Of a stretch of DNA of 64,000 nucleotides, positions 59,170 to 64,000 are shown piece after piece; the stretch's first letter is position 1, and each line of letters starts with the position of its first letter. Position numbers and translations under genes: made by a program. The notes beneath the pieces are model-generated. The model ran no database searches. It was not told the origin of the DNA and saw only the letters and a program-made list of their open reading frames with translations. The stretch comes from Candidatus Latescibacterota bacterium (GTDB taxonomy: Bacteria; Latescibacterota; UBA2968; SICM01). Location: assembly GCA_965217865.1 (NCBI GenBank), contig CBDCJO010000002.1, positions 2,336,001 to 2,400,000 of the forward strand. The letters are read 5' to 3'.

Positions 59170-60111
59170 TCACGAGATGCCAGATCCGGAATTCCTGAAC
59201 CACTCAATCGTGGTCTTCAGCCCATGGTCCGGGCTCACCTTGGGTTCCCAGCCGAGAAGTTTTCGGGCTTTTGTGATATCAGGCTTTCGTTCTTTCGGAT
59301 CGTCCTCCATCGGAGCGCCGTACACGATCTTGCTTTTACTCTCGGCCAGGCCGATGATCTTTTCAGCCATATTCTGGACAGTCATTTCGGTCGTGTTACC
59401 GATGTTGACGGGGGTATGGACGTCGTTTTGCATGAGGCGACATATCCCCTCAACCATATCCGAGATATAACATACGCTCCGGGTATAGCTTCCATCACCG
59501 TAGATGACCACATCCTCGTCCTTAAGCGCCCAGTTGATGAAGTTCGGAATCATCCGTCCATCGTCCTTCCGCATCCTCGGGCCATAGGTGTTGAAGATCC
59601 TGACGATCCTCGTATCGACCCCGGATTCCCGATGGTAGGCCATCGTCATCGCCTCTGCGAACCGCTTGGCCTCATCGTAGACACCCCTCACCCCGACCGG
59701 ATTGACGTTGCCCCAGTAATCCTCTGTTTGCGGGTGGACTTGAGGGTCGCCATAAGTTTCCGAAGTAGACGCAAGAAGGAATTTAGCATTTTTCTCACGG
59801 GCAAGTCCGAGGGCTTTGTGGGTCCCGTAGGATCCTACCTTCATCGTTCTGATCGGGAACTTGAGATAGTCCTTTGGACTGGCAGGGCTGGCAAAGTGGA
59901 GAATATAGTCCAGAGGGCCCTTGACGTGAATGAAGTTGGTCACATTATACAGTAAAAAAGTAAATCCCTCTCGGCCGATAAGATGGGACACATTGTCGGC
60001 CCTTCCCGTCAAAAGATTGTCCATGCAGAGCACTTCATTGCCGCGATCCAACAAAGACTCGCAGAGATTGGAACCGATGAACCCGGCCCCCCCGGTGATA
60101 AGAATTCGCAC
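59170..60111 (-). CDS. UDP-glucuronate decarboxylase-like extended SDR
   Basis: GTG start after GGAG; [43 protein letters not shown]. Confidence 0.92.
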   Translation of the reverse strand: MRILITGGAGFIGSNLCESLLDRGNEVLCMDNLLTGRADNVSHLIGREGFTFLLYNVTNFIHVKGPLDYILHFASPASPKDYLKFPIRTMKVGSYGTHKALGLAREKNAKFLLASTSETYGDPQVHPQTEDYWGNVNPVGVRGVYDEAKRFAEAMTMAYHRESGVDTRIVRIFNTYGPRMRKDDGRMIPNFINWALKDEDVVIYGDGSYTRSVCYISDMVEGICRLMQNDVHTPVNIGNTTEMTVQNMAEKIIGLAESKSKIVYGAPMEDDPKERKPDITKARKLLGWEPKVSPDHGLKTTIEWFRNSGSGIS

Positions 60112-60188
60112 GACGACTCCGTGATTTGGATATCGTAAGACGAAAAAATTGAACCTGCAACCCTGATGCGTGAGACGTGGAATTGCGC

Positions 60189-60217
60189 AACTTATGCAGA
60201 TGGATTCCATTTGTCAA
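60189..60217 (-). promoter_or_regulatory. Putative sigma70 promoter
   Basis: Minus strand TTGACA-N17-TAAGTT. Confidence 0.5.
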
Positions 60218-60360
60218 TACGAAAAGGGAATGAATTCGAAGGTTTGATCTAAAGATTTGAGGATATTGGAGATCTGTTCAATTCGTTCTGTTCTTGTCAT
60301 TGAAAATGGTCTTTGGAAAAAAGATAAATGAGGGTTCGTTTCACATCCTCAATTCCACAA

Positions 60361-60389
60361 TTGACTTGCAACGAATGGGGGCGTATATT
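60361..60389 (+). promoter_or_regulatory. Putative sigma70 promoter
   Basis: TTGACT-N17-TATATT. Confidence 0.65.
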
Positions 60390-60395
60390 GACGAG

Positions 60396-60522
60396 GAGAT
60401 CGAGGTCAGGTTTCGGGGCCTGGAAGCCCCTTGAGCGTGGTGATAGGGCATTCAGACCTGCTCTTGGGGGCAACGTCCCCTGACCAACCTCAACATACCC
60501 CGATCAAAAAAATTCGGGGGGG
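60396..60522 (+). ncRNA. Candidate structured leader or small RNA (family unassigned)
   Basis: GC-rich segment right after the promoter: ggtcagg/cctgacc outer stem, gcccc..gagc/gctc..ggggc inner stem, then a ccccga/tcgggg hairpin. Confidence 0.3.
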
Positions 60523-60658
60523 CTACCTAATGGCGGACTGCGGATTTTCATGGATTCTAACGCGATCCGCATTTCCGCAATTGACATTCCCAAGGGTGAA
60601 AAAATTGAAATTCGGGTGATTTGCTTAAAATCGAAACCCGAAGCATAGGAGGGGGAAA

Positions 60659-62038
60659 TTGGTAAACGAAAAGGACATCTTGAAAATCGTGGAGACGGCG
60701 GAGGATTTTCCGACCCCCTCCACAGCGGCCACGCAGGTTGCTCAGATGACGACCGATCTCCAGGTTCCGGTTTCCGAAGTCGCGAAACTGATCATGATGG
60801 ATGTGGGTTTATCCACAAAGCTATTGAAAGTGGTAAACTCATCTTTTTACGGCTTGTCGGAACCCATATCGGAGGTCGTTCAGGCTATCAACATCCTCGG
60901 ATACAAGAAGGTCGGCAGTCTGGCCCTCGGCCTTTCTGTGATGGAGACCTTCTCCGGGCCGCTGGCGAGTGGTTTCGACCTGAATCTATTCTGGGAGAAA
61001 TCGGTCTGTAATGCTGTTTCCGCTGGAATAATCGCCGAACGGTTGCGCCGCGACATCCCGGGCGAGGTCTTTACCGCAGGGCTGTTGCAGGACATCGGAT
61101 CTCTCTTCCTGGCCCAGTATTACCCGTTCGAATACGGCGGGGCCATTGCAACATCGAAAACGAGCGGTACGCACCTCGCGAAAGTAGAACGCGATAGTAT
61201 CGGAATCGATCACGCAGCCGTGGGGGCGATCCTGTCCAAGCACTGGAACCTCTCCCCCATCTTCGAGGAGACGATTCGGGAGCAACATTTCGTCGAGTTC
61301 GAAAAGGACATATCCGCTTCCCCTGTCGCAGATCTGATCCGGGTGATCCACCTGTCGAGTCTTGTCACCGATGTCTTCTACGAGGAGGACAAGGAAGAAC
61401 GCACCGCCTTGTTGGTCGAGCGTACGAAAGACCTGTTCGGGCTGGGTGAGAAACACGTGACTGAGATCCTGGAAAAAATTCCGGACGAAATGCAGGAAGC
61501 CGGATCAACATTCGAGCTGGAAATTCGCTTGAAGCCCCCTCTCAAGGAGGGAGGTGCTCCGGGGGAGGTTCTGACCGAGTGTCCCCGCTGTGGGGCGAAG
61601 GCTCTTGGGAAATTCTGCGTCGAATGTGGGGAAAGTCTCATCAAACGGGCCTTCGATCCATCCAACAAACGGATTCTGATCGCGGAGGACTCGGTTGCCA
61701 CCAGGCGTGCCCTCGCTTTTGTGATCAAAAAGATGGGTTATGAGGTCCTGGAAGCCGTCAACGGTCAGGAAGCCCTCGATTTGGCGAGGGAACACAAGCC
61801 CGGTATGATCATGCTCGATATCATGATGCCGATGCTCAGAGGCGATGAAGTCCTCAAAATCCTCCGAAAGGAGCCCGATACCGCCGATGTCCCGATCATC
61901 ATGCTGACATCTCTCACCGATGGCAACACGGTCCGTGGGGTAATCGAGGCGGGAGCCAATGACTATGTCGTAAAGCCATACGCCGCGGATACGATCGTCA
62001 ATCGGGTGAAGAAATATATGGGAGAGCTCAAGGATTAA
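60659..62038 (+). CDS. HDOD domain - zinc ribbon - receiver domain protein
   Basis: LLKVVNSSFYG, AGLLQDIG, IDHAAVG...W; CPRCG...FCVECG; ILIAED...DIMMP...DYVVKP. Confidence 0.9.
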   Translation: MVNEKDILKIVETAEDFPTPSTAATQVAQMTTDLQVPVSEVAKLIMMDVGLSTKLLKVVNSSFYGLSEPISEVVQAINILGYKKVGSLALGLSVMETFSGPLASGFDLNLFWEKSVCNAVSAGIIAERLRRDIPGEVFTAGLLQDIGSLFLAQYYPFEYGGAIATSKTSGTHLAKVERDSIGIDHAAVGAILSKHWNLSPIFEETIREQHFVEFEKDISASPVADLIRVIHLSSLVTDVFYEEDKEERTALLVERTKDLFGLGEKHVTEILEKIPDEMQEAGSTFELEIRLKPPLKEGGAPGEVLTECPRCGAKALGKFCVECGESLIKRAFDPSNKRILIAEDSVATRRALAFVIKKMGYEVLEAVNGQEALDLAREHKPGMIMLDIMMPMLRGDEVLKILRKEPDTADVPIIMLTSLTDGNTVRGVIEAGANDYVVKPYAADTIVNRVKKYMGELKD

Positions 62039-62091
62039 CTGGGGAACTCAGGTTGGGGATTGCTTAAAGACTGGAAAAAAGGAAAGTCCTG

Positions 62092-63767
62092 ATGACTCAG
62101 AATCCACAAACCGAAATCAAAAATCCGAAGTCGGCAGATCCCAAATTGAAGATCCTCTTAGTCGAAGACAACCGCGACTTTGTCTGCCTTCTTCGGGAGG
62201 AATTGGCCGAGGCCGGGGGGGCGGTTTTGAATTGGAACACGCCGGACGGCTCGCGGAAGCACGCGATCGTCTCGAGGGAGAAGACTTCCAGGTGATCATT
62301 TTGGACCTCTCCCTTCCGGACAGCAACGGGATGGAGACCTTCATCAAAATTCACGATCAATCGCCCGAAGTCCCCATCGTGGTGTTAAGCGGGTGGGACG
62401 ACGAAATGCTGGCTGTTCAAGCCGTAAGAACACGAAAAGGAACTGGAAGCCAGCGGAGAAGGCCTTCATATCCAGCGGGACGTCTATGCCAAGGAAGTGA
62501 GTAAGCTCACCCGGCAGTTCGAGGAGAAAGTCCGGGAGCTTTCGGTGGTCCGGTGGATCGGGGACTCGCTCAAATTCACCCGGGATATCCAAAAAGTCTT
62601 CGAAGTGATCATCGACACGATCCTTGCGGAGACCAGTGCCGAAGGATGTTCGATCATGCTGATCAATCGGGATTCCGGTGATATCGCAATAAGGGCTGCC
62701 AGATGCCAGACCGACGAGTCGGCCATCTACTTCGCACGCGATTCCGCATCACAACGCCGATTCAAATTGGGGAAGGCATCGCCGGATGGGTGGCCCAACA
62801 CGGAGAACCGGTTTTCATCACCGACACCTCAAAGGACAGCCGTTTTGTGGATTTGCCGGGATGTGCCACTCCGGAGGGATCCCTGCTCTGCACCCCTCTG
62901 GTGATCGACAACGAGCTCGTGGGCGTGATCAATCTCAGCCACCCTCGTGTGGATGCCATCAGCGCCGAGGACGATCGCCTGATGGCCATTGTTACCGGTC
63001 AAGTCGCCATCGCCCTCAACAATGTTCAAATCTTCGAAGACATGCAGCAGCTCAACCGGTTGTTGGAAGAAGAAGTGGGGAAAGCCACGGATAAATTGCG
63101 TCAGAGTGAAGAAAATCTCCGTGAGTTGTTTGACGACGCCCCGGTTGGTTATCTCGAGTTTGACACGGAGGGGCACATCGTTCAGATCAATCGTACCGCA
63201 CTGACCATGTTCGGTTACACCGAAGGCGAGATGCTCGGTCGACATCCATGGGACTTCATCGAGGAAAGCGATGTATCCCGAAAGGCCTTTACTGAAAAGA
63301 TGGCCGGTGCCGGACCGGGCCAGTCTTATGAGCGCACCTGGCGGAGGATGGACGGGACGATTCTTCCCGCCCTGATGGAGGATCGGATCCTGAGAAATGG
63401 GGGTAAGATCACCGGGCTGCGGTCGACCGTCCAGGATATCTCCGAACGAAAACGAGCTGAGGAAGCAATGAAAGAAGCGGATCAGTTGAGAGTCCTGGCA
63501 GAGACAGCGGGCGCGGCGGCACACGAGATCAATCAACCCCTTACCATTGCGGTAGGTCGGTCGGACATCCTGCTGATGAAAATGGGCCCGGACGATCCCA
63601 ACCGGGAAGAGATCGAGCACATCAGGCAGGCATCAAAGCAAATCAGTGAAATTATCCAGAAAATGGGAGCCGCAAAGCGCTATGTAACAACGCCTTATGC
63701 CATGGGTGCGAAGATTGTGGACTTCGACGCTGCATCCAAAAAAGAGGGCCATGAGGGCGAAAGTTGA
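62092..63767 (+). pseudogene. REC-GAF-PAS-HisKA signalling protein (multiple lesions)
   Basis: REC motifs ILLVEDN and LDLSLPD; GAF motif GEGIAGWV; a PAS domain; H-box AHEINQPL. Shifts at G runs near 62220 and 62770, and the REC tail is lost near 62430. May be one or two genes. Confidence 0.75.
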
Positions 63768-63909
63768 TTTCTTCATCATTAACGGATATCCGAAAACCCC
63801 CACTTGAATCTTCAATCCTCGATCTTCAACATTCCCACCCGGCAGCACACCGCTTCGACTGAGACTTGGAACCTGGGCTGGTCTTCAATCTTCAATCCTT
63901 TTTTCCCAT

Positions 63910-64000
63910 ATGGCTGATTCTGATGAACAATTTGTCGTCCCAAAACCAGGCTCCTTTCATATTCTGGTCGTAGACGATGACGAAACCGTCTGTAAGAGCA
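63910..64000 (+). CDS. Receiver-domain protein (5' end only)
   Basis: MADSDEQFVVPKPGSFHILVVDDDETVCKS. Confidence 0.7.
   Translation, partial: MADSDEQFVVPKPGSFHILVVDDDETVCKS

Noticed and set aside
60395-60495. tRNA-Sec, SRP RNA or 6S RNA
   Set aside because: No T-loop (GTTCRA), anticodon arm or CCA end; no SRP domain IV motif; no recognisable 6S central bubble.

Overview
This is a GC-rich bacterial window with no rRNA, tRNA or CRISPR array. About 59 kb is a mostly minus-strand catabolic enzyme region. It holds nine Asp-box (sialidase-like beta-propeller) genes. Six of these form one close family starting 'MLDP(S/T)K.WK.DVDIL', arranged in two tandem triplets (1-2499 and 16535-20973). The region also has five YetA/PcRGLX-like (PL26-related) genes, three atypical DHDPS-family aldolases, two HpcH aldolases, GH20/GH78/GH106/GH10-like hydrolases, deacetylases, a sulfatase, UxuA, SDRs and other oxidoreductases. 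I see no obvious signal peptides, sugar transporters or regulators. One IS1380 element and several gene remnants lie in a ~12 kb block that separates the two triplets. The right end carries a UDP-glucuronate decarboxylase-like gene and a divergent HDOD/REC/GAF-PAS-HisKA signalling cluster. The most notable patterns are: (i) mosaic paralog arrays whose variation concentrates in short loops; (ii) intergenic spacers built from several degenerate 7-bp repeat families, with homologous spacer types permuted between the triplets; (iii) a perfect 44-bp palindrome inside a DUF1016-like remnant; (iv) many frameshifts and in-frame deletions. The gene content is reminiscent of Latescibacterota/Poribacteria-type genomes (inference only). 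All product calls come from motif recognition by eye, not database searches.
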